Below are positions 10,071 to 17,534 of a DNA stretch of 64,000 nt, piece after piece. The translations under genes were made by a program, and so were the position numbers. Numbering within the stretch: the first letter of the stretch is position 1; each line of letters begins with the position of its first letter. The notes under the pieces were generated by a model. The model had not been told where the DNA came from, made no database searches, and saw only the letters and a program-made list of their open reading frames with translations. The stretch comes from Parcubacteria group bacterium GW2011_GWB1_40_14 (GTDB lineage Bacteria; Patescibacteriota; Minisyncoccia; Terrybacterales; GWB1-40-14), in NCBI GenBank assembly GCA_000996085.1, contig LBYG01000001.1:651-64650 (forward strand), in the 5' to 3' direction.

Positions 10071-10367
10071 ATGTTTTTTCCGATCGCTCGTTTTGTTGTT
10101 GATGGTAAGAGCATGCAGCCAACGTTTCAAGAAGGCGAACATCTTTTAATTAATAAACTTTTATATAAAATAAAAAAACCCCAAAAAGGAGATATTATTG
10201 TTTTGCGTGATCCAAGAGACAAGCAAAGATTGTTATTAAAGCGCGTTTTTGAAATACAAAAAGATAAACTTGAAGTAATAAGCGACAATATAGACGGAAA
10301 TGACAGCAGAACCTTTGGTCCCGTAAATATAGAGAGCGTTGTCGGAAAAGTTTTTTTTCGATATTGA
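10071..10367 (+). CDS. sodX: S26 signal-peptidase-like NiSOD maturation protease
   Basis: 98 aa. 'GKSMQPTF' Ser box and 'LLLKRVFE' Lys box of S26 peptidases. Starts 1 nt after the sodN stop. Confidence 0.7.
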   Translation: MFFPIARFVVDGKSMQPTFQEGEHLLINKLLYKIKKPQKGDIIVLRDPRDKQRLLLKRVFEIQKDKLEVISDNIDGNDSRTFGPVNIESVVGKVFFRY

Positions 10368-10372
10368 TATAT

Positions 10373-10402
10373 AAAAACCCCGATGTTGTGTCGGGGTTTT
10401 TT
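10373..10402. terminator. bidirectional terminator hairpin (ccccga ... tcgggg) between sodX and moxR
   Basis: A-run/stem/T-run architecture, readable on both strands. Confidence 0.65.
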
Positions 10403-10406
10403 GGTA

Positions 10407-11486
10407 TTAAAACTTTATTTGCGGTTCAGTCCAGTTTTGTTCTGATGGGGTCGCTACGCTTGCAACAATTCTTTTGATTGCTTCCTCGGCAGTTCGGTTT
10501 TCATTTCCTGAACGCACTACACGCATATTGACACCTACGCGATGTGCAAGAACCGGAACTGCAAGAGCTCGGATATCTTGAGGAATTACATAATCTCTAT
10601 CATTCATGAAAGCATAGGCGCGTGCCGCGTCACGCAAAGCAAGAGTGCCGCGTGTTGAGGCGCCGTAATCCAGCATTCTTTCGGATTTTTCTTTAGCGAC
10701 TTCTTTGCGCGTGGCATCAATGATCGCGACAATATATTCTTCTATAAGCCTGTGCATGTATATGAATCCATCCTCAGATGGATTAATAGTTAGCGCCTGC
10801 TGAATATGTAAGATTTCATCACAACTTATGACCGGTCTAAGGTCGTGGATCGGATGATGATTTCTCTGGCTGGCCAGAATTTCAAGTTCAGCTTCTTTGC
10901 TTGGGTAACCCAGACTTAATCTGAGCATAAAGCGGTCCAATAAAGCTTCGGGCAGAACAAATGTGCCCTCTTGTTCTATCGGGTTTTGTGTCGCAATAAC
11001 TAAGTAGGGTTTAGGCACGTTGTAGGATATTCCGTCGATTGTGACCGTTTCTCTGGACATGGCCTCAAGAACAGCCGAATTAACTTTTGGCGGTGTTCGG
11101 TTTAGTTCATCATCTAAGACGATATTTCCGGTTGCAATCGGGCCAAGTTTAGGCTCAAATTCCTTTGTTTCCGGATTGTAGATGCTGATACCGGTTACAT
11201 CGCCGGGCATAAGATCAGGAGTGCCCTGAATCCTTTTGAAGACCGCAATTCCGCTTTCTCCAGCGCTGACAGAGCGGGCTAGAGATTCAGCTAGAATGCT
11301 TTTGCCTGTTCCAGGAATATCGTCGTAAAGTATATGTCCACGAGCCAAGAAACCAGCTAAAGTAAGCCGGATAACCTCTTCTTTATCTTTAATTACAGTG
11401 TTTAAATTGGCGATAAGCTTATTGATTTTTTCGACAGCCGTTTTGCGGTCGATGATGGGTGGGTTGCCCATTGCACTGCCTTTCAT
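10407..11486 (-). CDS. MoxR-family AAA+ ATPase
   Basis: Walker A 'DIPGTGKS', Walker B 'VLDDELNR', sensor regions. 359 aa, typical of MoxR/AAA_3. No adjacent VWA/DUF58 partner gene. Confidence 0.85.
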   Translation of the reverse strand: MKGSAMGNPPIIDRKTAVEKINKLIANLNTVIKDKEEVIRLTLAGFLARGHILYDDIPGTGKSILAESLARSVSAGESGIAVFKRIQGTPDLMPGDVTGISIYNPETKEFEPKLGPIATGNIVLDDELNRTPPKVNSAVLEAMSRETVTIDGISYNVPKPYLVIATQNPIEQEGTFVLPEALLDRFMLRLSLGYPSKEAELEILASQRNHHPIHDLRPVISCDEILHIQQALTINPSEDGFIYMHRLIEEYIVAIIDATRKEVAKEKSERMLDYGASTRGTLALRDAARAYAFMNDRDYVIPQDIRALAVPVLAHRVGVNMRVVRSGNENRTAEEAIKRIVASVATPSEQNWTEPQIKF

Positions 11487-11714
11487 GTAAAGTCAAAGTG
11501 CAGATTTTCTAAAATAATATACTAACATACCAAAATAGTCAATATCGGTTAGGCCAAAAGCAAGGTTCAAATTATTCCATTACGCAATAAAACGATCCAT
11601 GTCATTTGCTGTATAGTTCGTTCCCGAAAAGAGTTGTTTTTATTGACAAAATCATAAAAATAGTATATATTTATTGAATAAAGAAGCAAAAACGATAAAA
11701 TAAAGCAGAAAAAT

Positions 11715-12470
11715 ATGATAAATTTGTTCAAAAATAAAATTCAGCAAGCGCCCCGCGTTTTTATAAGTGGAGCACTGGTTATTATTTTTGGATTTGTAAT
11801 TGGTTTTTTAACTGTTCCAACCTTAGTATCAATGGTCTGGGAAAAATTGGTAAGCAAAAGTATAGCTACTTCAATCGAAGACGGGGAAATTACAACCGGT
11901 ATAGTGCTGTCGGATTCTCAATTTGCCGCTTTAGTTAATTCTGTTAATGGCGTTCTTAAAACAAATGGAATAGCGCCTGTGATAAATAATAATATCTCTT
12001 CTGCGTCACAAAATAACTCAGCGACAAATATTAACTCCAAGACCGCTTCTTTACCCACAGCCAAACAGCCGCAAGTTAGACGATTGTATGTGCCAACGGC
12101 AAATACCGACTTGGCTATTGTTGAGGGCGCAAACGAAAAAGCTCTATTCAAAGGCGCGTGGCGTTCGCCATACGGCAGCACTCCTGAAAATGGAGGCAAT
12201 ACGATTCTTTTTGGGCATCGCTATTTACACCTTCCTCCGCGCAAAGATACATTGTTTAGTTTAGATAAAGTAAAAGTAGGGGATCCGTTTGAAATAAGTT
12301 GGGACGGTAGGACCTATAAATATAAAGTCGTCGAAGTCAAAGTAGTCAATCCGGACGATATTTCTGTTCTTAACCCAACAGCTAAGCCATCAGTAACTAT
12401 AATCACTTGTACTCCGGTATTTACCACCAAGTTTAGATTAGTAGTTCGAGGGGAACTTGTTTCAGAATAA
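11715..12470 (+). CDS. sortase family transpeptidase
   Basis: N-terminal TM anchor. Catalytic His 'ILFGHRY', Cys in 'SVTIITCTP' (TLxTC-type motif), downstream Arg. Confidence 0.75.
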   Translation: MINLFKNKIQQAPRVFISGALVIIFGFVIGFLTVPTLVSMVWEKLVSKSIATSIEDGEITTGIVLSDSQFAALVNSVNGVLKTNGIAPVINNNISSASQNNSATNINSKTASLPTAKQPQVRRLYVPTANTDLAIVEGANEKALFKGAWRSPYGSTPENGGNTILFGHRYLHLPPRKDTLFSLDKVKVGDPFEISWDGRTYKYKVVEVKVVNPDDISVLNPTAKPSVTIITCTPVFTTKFRLVVRGELVSE

Positions 12471-12505
12471 ACCCATTTTTTCATATTTATTAAAGGCGGT
12501 TTGTG

Positions 12506-12573
12506 CCAGGTAGTGAAAATTCGACCGTTCGCCAATGGCGAACAAAGGCTTAAGTCGAATTTCTACTACCTGG
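12506..12573. repeat. nested palindromic element: ~20-bp outer stem (ccaggtagtgaaaattcgac / gtcgaatttctactacctgg) enclosing inner hairpin gttcgcc-aatg-gcgaac
   Basis: Read directly. Same architecture and partial sequence similarity to the elements at 15694-15775 and 33306-33431. Confidence 0.6.
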
Positions 12574-12590
12574 TGTGGTATAATATTCTT

Positions 12591-12881
12591 ATGGATATAG
12601 AATTTCTACAAACCGTTTTTTTTGTTGTCGCAATTATTTTCTTTATCATTGTGGGTGTTTTAGTTTTGCCCGCGCTTATCCGCATTAACCGGATTCTTAA
12701 GCGAGTCGATTCTATTTCCAAAGATCTTGTTGGTCCCGCAAAACATTTAGCTAAGGCCGCAGCTGCTTTACAGGAAAGCGCCATAGCCGCAGGAGTAGCT
12801 TATTTTATTAAAAAGGCGCATGATTTTATGGAAAACAGAACTGAAGATCATCATAATCAACCACCAAGAAGAGTGTTATAA
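12591..12881 (+). CDS. DUF948-like small membrane protein
   Basis: Start moved to the ATG at 12591; the ORF-track TTG start at 12501 lies inside the palindromic element. One TM helix then a helical region, typical of the DUF948/YtxG group. Extended -10 'tggtataat' sits 6 nt upstream of the ATG (possible leaderless mRNA). Confidence 0.45.
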   Translation: MDIEFLQTVFFVVAIIFFIIVGVLVLPALIRINRILKRVDSISKDLVGPAKHLAKAAAALQESAIAAGVAYFIKKAHDFMENRTEDHHNQPPRRVL

Positions 12882-12910
12882 TATAAATAATAATTTTTAA
12901 GTTTAATTTT

Positions 12911-13312
12911 ATGGCCACTAAAAAATACATATACGAAAGCGATGCTTTAAAAGCAGCAAAGAAAACAGCTGCTTCAGCGGGAACATTAGCCGCGCTAGTT
13001 GGAGCGGCTGCCGGTTTTGCAGCGGTACTTTTCTCACCCAAATACGGGAAACAATTAAAATCAGAAGTTGGTTCAGTTGCCGAAGCCGTTAAAGCTCAGG
13101 TTGCAGCTGACGCGGCATTGCAGTTAAATAAAGTAAAAGTCATGTCAAAAACCGTATATGATGCAATAGTGCAGGAGGCTATGGCTGAATATAACAAAAG
13201 TTCAAGAATGGCCGAAAAGGATCTGAAAGTTATCGAAAAGGATCTTGATAAAAGATGGAAACATATTTTGCGTGTGGCTAAAGCAAGTCAGAAAAATTCT
13301 TCTGCAAAATAG
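12911..13312 (+). CDS. YtxH-like protein
   Basis: 'GTLAALVGAAAGFAAVLFSPKYGKQLKSEV' matches the YtxH N-terminal motif. Helical remainder. Confidence 0.5.
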   Translation: MATKKYIYESDALKAAKKTAASAGTLAALVGAAAGFAAVLFSPKYGKQLKSEVGSVAEAVKAQVAADAALQLNKVKVMSKTVYDAIVQEAMAEYNKSSRMAEKDLKVIEKDLDKRWKHILRVAKASQKNSSAK

Positions 13313-13331
13313 CTCCTTAATTTAGTGAACA

Positions 13332-14105
13332 ATGTTTATGGATTTGCAAGACAATTTAAAAAAGGTTTTGGCGGGAGCGCTTTTTATTTTTTTAATGGTT
13401 CTCTCCGGAAGCAAACTACTTGAAACCTTTATTGATTACACTAATTTTAAATCTCAAGTGCCCGAGAGAACTATTGCTATATCAGCCGAAGGTAAAGTTG
13501 ATGCCGTACCCGATGTTGCCACGCTTAATTTTTCTGTAGTAAGCCAAGGTAAGGATGCCCGGACAATTGAAGACAGCAACACTAAGAAAATGAATGCCGT
13601 TGTAGCATTTCTTAAAGAACAAGGCATTTCAGATCGCGACATCAAAACTACAAATTATAATTTGAATCCGCAATATGATTACAACAAATCTTCCAGTCAA
13701 ATAGGCGTGCCTTATCCGATAGTCGGGTATGTGCTTACACAAACTTTGACTGTAAAAGTTCATGAACTTGATAAGATAGGAACAATCTTGGAAGGAGCGA
13801 TATCCCAAGGCGTTAACGAGAGTGGCGGAGTAAGTTTTGATATAGAAGACCCCGATGAACTTAAAGCGCAAGCTCGTGCCGAAGCTTTTGCAAAAGCCAG
13901 AGAAAAAGCAGAAGCCTTGGTTGCACAAAGCGGCGCTCGTATCGGAAAAATAGTAAGTATATCCGAAAACGATTCTTATGTGCCATACCCGTATGCTTAT
14001 GGTATGGGGGGCGGGGCATTAGAGCGCGACGCGGTACCGCCTCAAATACAACCAGGAACTCAAGATGTCAGAATCACGGTAAATGTAGTTTTTGAACTAC
14101 TTTAA
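13332..14105 (+). CDS. SIMPL (DUF541) domain periplasmic protein
   Basis: N-terminal TM. 'ISAEGKVDAVPDVATLNFSVVSQGKDA...' resembles the SIMPL-domain core. Confidence 0.7.
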   Translation: MFMDLQDNLKKVLAGALFIFLMVLSGSKLLETFIDYTNFKSQVPERTIAISAEGKVDAVPDVATLNFSVVSQGKDARTIEDSNTKKMNAVVAFLKEQGISDRDIKTTNYNLNPQYDYNKSSSQIGVPYPIVGYVLTQTLTVKVHELDKIGTILEGAISQGVNESGGVSFDIEDPDELKAQARAEAFAKAREKAEALVAQSGARIGKIVSISENDSYVPYPYAYGMGGGALERDAVPPQIQPGTQDVRITVNVVFELL

Positions 14106-14124
14106 ATAAGGACAATAATAGTTT

Positions 14125-14156
14125 AAAAGCCGTCTTTTTAAAGGCGGCTTTTGTGT
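14125..14156 (+). terminator. terminator hairpin after SIMPL gene
   Basis: 'aaagccgtc ttttta aaggcggcttt' imperfect stem plus T-tail. Confidence 0.5.
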
Positions 14157-14174
14157 TAAAATAGTTTCATAATT

Positions 14175-15332
14175 ATGCGAGTTTCATACTCTAAACTTGA
14201 TACCTATAAGCAATGTCCGCGGAAATATAAGTTTTATATCGATAAGGCGCCGCAGGATCCTTCACGTACTTTGGCTTTGCGGTTTGGCAGTGCGGTCCAT
14301 GCCGCGTTGGAATTTGCTTACGCCAAAAGATATAAATATCCTTCTCCGGAAAGAGTAATTAATTATTACCGGGGTCTTATGCAACAGGAAAGCGATCCTC
14401 AAGTTTTAAAATTATTCGAGAAAGGAATACCGGCCCTTGAGAAATATTTGGCAAAAAATGAAGCTGCGCACATGAGCATTGTTGAAGTTGAAAAGAAATT
14501 TATGATCGAGATCGGACGAGGCCATCAACTCGAAGGTATTATAGACCGTCTTGATATGTTGCCGGACGGGTCTTTTGAGATAATAGATTATAAAACAGGA
14601 CAAATACCTGACGCTGAAAGCCTTTCGAAAAATTGGCAATTAGCCATTTATCAATTTGCTAAACAGCGCAAACTGCAGACAAGCCGTATTAAGGCAAGTT
14701 TGGTCTATATAGCTTTTGACGGCCATAAACTTACTTATCAATTCGGGAAAAACGAACTTGAGCGTATACATAGCGAAATTCTAGATCTGATAGCCAAAAT
14801 AGAAGCAGATAACGTTTATGCCCCACGCGTAAGCGCATTGTGCAATACCTGCGCTTATCAGCCTATTTGTCCGGCCTGGACGCATAAATATAATATTAAA
14901 GACCAGGTTTTAACAGGAAAAATAAAAGATACGGATGTTATAGATATCCAGTCAAAAATTGATAAATTATTAGTTTTAACTTCAACAATTAAAAAACTTG
15001 AGAAAGAATCAAAACAACTCAAAGAAATAGTCGCAATTTTTGGTAAAGAAAATAATATGACGCGACTTTTTTCTGATTTGGGGACAGTTTCATTGTCATT
15101 CCAGAAAAAACGCGCGTATGATGCCGCACGTATTGCCGAGGTGTTGCGCGAAAATTTATTGCGAAAGATAGTTAAAACTCTTGATACAAAAAAACTGGAG
15201 AAAGCCTTGCCTTATTTAACTCAAGAAGAAAGAAAGCAAATAGAAGCATTCACTACCGAAAAAGAATCGCATACCATTGCTGTGCGCCCGACCATAGAAG
15301 AAAATGAAGACGTTGAAGAGCTTCTGACATAA
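14175..15332 (+). CDS. Cas4/AddB-type PD-(D/E)XK nuclease with iron-staple cysteines (stand-alone)
   Basis: N-terminal 'YSKLDTYKQCPRKYKFY' and 'GSAVHAALE'. Nuclease core 'IIDRLDML...EIIDYKTG', 'QLAIYQF'. Cys cluster C14 plus 'CNTCAYQPIC' (C-x2-C-x5-C). Confidence 0.7.
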   Translation: MRVSYSKLDTYKQCPRKYKFYIDKAPQDPSRTLALRFGSAVHAALEFAYAKRYKYPSPERVINYYRGLMQQESDPQVLKLFEKGIPALEKYLAKNEAAHMSIVEVEKKFMIEIGRGHQLEGIIDRLDMLPDGSFEIIDYKTGQIPDAESLSKNWQLAIYQFAKQRKLQTSRIKASLVYIAFDGHKLTYQFGKNELERIHSEILDLIAKIEADNVYAPRVSALCNTCAYQPICPAWTHKYNIKDQVLTGKIKDTDVIDIQSKIDKLLVLTSTIKKLEKESKQLKEIVAIFGKENNMTRLFSDLGTVSLSFQKKRAYDAARIAEVLRENLLRKIVKTLDTKKLEKALPYLTQEERKQIEAFTTEKESHTIAVRPTIEENEDVEELLT

Positions 15333-15393
15333 TTTGATAAAAATATATAGCTAGGATAATATAGATTTAGTTCTTTAAGTTAAGAGGTATCCA

Positions 15394-15693
15394 ATGTCGG
15401 TTAATCTGAATGATGAGTGTCAAACAGAAAAGAAAATTGCGAACATCTTGAAGATAGCAGCTATTAAAGAAATTAAGAGAATAGGCTTTGACGAAGCATC
15501 TGAGAAATTAAGTTTATCTCGTACCGGTTTGAGGTTGATTTGGTCAAAGGAAAGATGGAAAGTTACTGAAGCTATTCGTGTTGCCGAAGCGCTTAATTTG
15601 CCGGCGCTAAAAAAGATGTTGCGCGTATTAGATAAAACTGACGGAAGATCAGGATCTGAAGAAGGGGATTATCCTGATTGGAAAATGCAATAA
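15394..15693 (+). CDS. XRE/Cro-like helix-turn-helix protein
   Basis: 'FDEASEKLSLSRTGLRLIWSKERWKVTEAIRVAEALNL' fits the HTH_3 pattern. 99 aa. Confidence 0.45.
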   Translation: MSVNLNDECQTEKKIANILKIAAIKEIKRIGFDEASEKLSLSRTGLRLIWSKERWKVTEAIRVAEALNLPALKKMLRVLDKTDGRSGSEEGDYPDWKMQ

Positions 15694-15775
15694 GCCCAGT
15701 AGAGCTACCTCGACTGTTCCCTTTGGCGTCGCCAAAGGGAACAAAAACTAAAGTGTCGAGGTAATTCTACTGGGT
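15694..15775. repeat. nested palindromic element: outer stem (cccagtagagctacctcgac / gtcgaggtaattctactggg) enclosing inner hairpin ccctttggcg-t-cgccaaaggg
   Basis: Read directly. Begins 1 nt after the HTH gene stop. Related to the elements at 12506 and 33306. Confidence 0.6.
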
Positions 15776-15803
15776 AAGCCTCAATAATGAGGCTTTTAAT
15801 TTA
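15776..15803 (+). terminator. plus-strand terminator (aagcctca-ataa-tgaggctt + ttaattta)
   Basis: Perfect 8-bp stem plus T-rich tail. Confidence 0.6.
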
Positions 15804-15837
15804 TGAAAGTAAAGCGGTCCGATTATTATCGGACCGC
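15801..15837 (-). terminator. minus-strand terminator (gcggtccgat-aataa-atcggaccgc followed by tttactttcat)
   Basis: Perfect 10-bp stem. T-rich tail on the minus strand. Would terminate the small minus-strand ORF at 15858-16085. Confidence 0.5.
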
Positions 15838-15857
15838 TAAGTTCTTGTTTGTGGAAG

Positions 15858-16085
15858 TTACCTTACGTGAACTTCCGTAATGTTCGGGTATCCTTTAGGG
15901 ATCCAACGGTTTTCGGTGGGCTGACTTCGGCGGAACAGATATGCAGGTCCGCTGATTTGGTACGCGTCTTCGGTCTGCGCGACGACCAAGAACATGTTTC
16001 CATGCGCATCGGTTTCGGTTCGCCGAAGGACAACGTAATTCCCTAGGATGAGTTGAACAAAGAACGAAACAAGCTTCTTGAGCAT
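15858..16085 (-). CDS. hypothetical 75-aa protein in GC-anomalous segment (alternatively part of a structured RNA)
   Basis: Minus-strand ORF has an RBS-like 'gagaagg' 8 nt before its ATG and a near-consensus promoter upstream. The segment is visibly more GC-rich than its surroundings and contains several UUCG-type hairpins. A plus-strand ORF overlaps it. Confidence 0.3.
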   Translation of the reverse strand: MLKKLVSFFVQLILGNYVVLRRTETDAHGNMFLVVAQTEDAYQISGPAYLFRRSQPTENRWIPKGYPNITEVHVR

Positions 16086-16121
16086 CTGAGGTACCTTCTC
16101 TTACGTTACGAAGCTAGTGAG

Positions 16122-16157
16122 TTATTCATATTATATCATAAATAGAATTATTGTCAA
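16122..16157 (-). promoter_or_regulatory. near-consensus sigma70 promoter on minus strand: TTGACA-N17-TATAAT
   Basis: The minus-strand read between the uvrC stop and the small ORF is 'ttgacaataattctatttatgatataat'. Confidence 0.5.
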
Positions 16158-16160
16158 TAT

Positions 16161-17459
16161 TTAAGCTGATTCGGTTTTAGAACGTAATTTGTGATGATAG
16201 CTTTTAGCAAAACGATGCGATTCATCACGCGCGTGCATAAACATCAACAATATCGGGTTATTGTGCGATAAAGCATAAGGCTTTTTTTCGGTGGTTATAT
16301 ATAGCTCTTCCTGTCTTTTTGCTAAGCCGATTATTATCGGCATTTTTTTGAAAGGAATGTCATAAAGTTTTTGCCATTCAAGCAGAGTATTATTAACGGC
16401 GTTTACTTGTGGTCGCCCACCATCAATAAGAAATATATCGGGCAGAGGCCATTCTTTATAATGAGTAAGGCGCCGTCCCATTACTTCTTTATGCATCGCA
16501 ACATCGTTTGCGCCTTCAACCGTTTTTATGCGGAATTTTTTATATAAGGCTTTGATAGGTTTTTTGCCCATAAAAGATACCAAGGAGCCGGTGGCAGAGC
16601 CGCCTTGGATGTTTGAAATATCATAACCTTCAATGAGCCACTCAGAAACATCTTTTTTGGGGAGATATTCTAAAAGACTTTCGGGCAAACCGTTTAACGG
16701 CGAATTTTTATGTTCATGAGTCTGGTCTCCGATAATTTTTTTATGGGCATATATATTTTCTAAACCATTTATCTGATCGCGTAATTTTACAGCTTTTTCA
16801 AAATTTTCCAATTTTGCATATCCCAACATTTCTTTTTTAAGATTTTTTACAAGACGTTTAATTTCACCTTGCAGGATCCTTTTGATTGCTTCGATATTGT
16901 TTTGACAATTTTTGATCTCCTCCGAAGTAGGTTTTTCGGGGATTGGGCATAAGCCCAAAGTGTACCAAAGACAATTTTTTGGCATGTCTTTGTGCGTGCG
17001 GTACGGGAATATTTTGCGTAATAGTTTTAAGGTTCTTTTTAATGCGGCGCCATCTGTAAAAGGTCCTATATATTCCATTTCTATTTTATTGTTTGTTTTG
17101 GCGGGTTGGTGGGTAAGGAAAATGCGCGGACAGGTTTCTTCAGTAAACCCCACATAGAAATATTGTTTATCATCACGTAAGGAAACGTTGTAATAGGGTT
17201 TATGCTGTTTTATTAATTTTGCTTCTATTATCAAGGCTTCAATAGGCGATATTGTAGTTTGCCAAGTCAGTCGCGTTGCGCGTTCAACCAAGGTCACTTT
17301 TCTTGAGTCGGAATTCCCGGTATTGAAGTACGATCGTAATCGCGATTTAAGATTCGTCGCTTTGCCCACATAAATAATTGTATTTTTATCCCAAAAGAAA
17401 TATACGCCCGGCTCAGTAGGGGCTTTTTTCAGTATTTTATCGGCGTTTTCTTTGATCAT
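16161..17459 (-). CDS. uvrC: excinuclease ABC subunit C (short form lacking C-terminal HhH2)
   Basis: GIY-YIG N-terminus 'GVYFFWDKNTIIYVGKATNLKSRLRSYF'. UvrBC-interaction and RNase-H-like endonuclease regions. 432 aa versus ~600 for canonical UvrC. Confidence 0.85.
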   Translation of the reverse strand: MIKENADKILKKAPTEPGVYFFWDKNTIIYVGKATNLKSRLRSYFNTGNSDSRKVTLVERATRLTWQTTISPIEALIIEAKLIKQHKPYYNVSLRDDKQYFYVGFTEETCPRIFLTHQPAKTNNKIEMEYIGPFTDGAALKRTLKLLRKIFPYRTHKDMPKNCLWYTLGLCPIPEKPTSEEIKNCQNNIEAIKRILQGEIKRLVKNLKKEMLGYAKLENFEKAVKLRDQINGLENIYAHKKIIGDQTHEHKNSPLNGLPESLLEYLPKKDVSEWLIEGYDISNIQGGSATGSLVSFMGKKPIKALYKKFRIKTVEGANDVAMHKEVMGRRLTHYKEWPLPDIFLIDGGRPQVNAVNNTLLEWQKLYDIPFKKMPIIIGLAKRQEELYITTEKKPYALSHNNPILLMFMHARDESHRFAKSYHHKLRSKTESA

Positions 17460-17534
17460 GAGCTGAATCGCTTATGCTTGCTTATAACACTAAAAACTTG
17501 TATAATACATGATTTCTAAGCGACTATTTATATT

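Noticed and set aside
12501-12590. ORF-track start (TTG at 12501) of the DUF948-like gene
   Set aside because: These 30 codons lie entirely inside the nested palindromic element and translate to low-complexity sequence. The ATG at 12591 with an extended -10 just upstream is the more credible start.
15694-16160. Possible tmRNA, RNase P RNA, SRP RNA or tRNA in the GC-rich hairpin-dense segment
   Set aside because: No tRNA-like T-arm/acceptor (GGTTCRANYCC...ACCA) on either strand. No 'GGAAAGTCCGG'-type RNase P motif, no SRP domain-IV motif, no tag-peptide reading frame. Left as an unassigned candidate.
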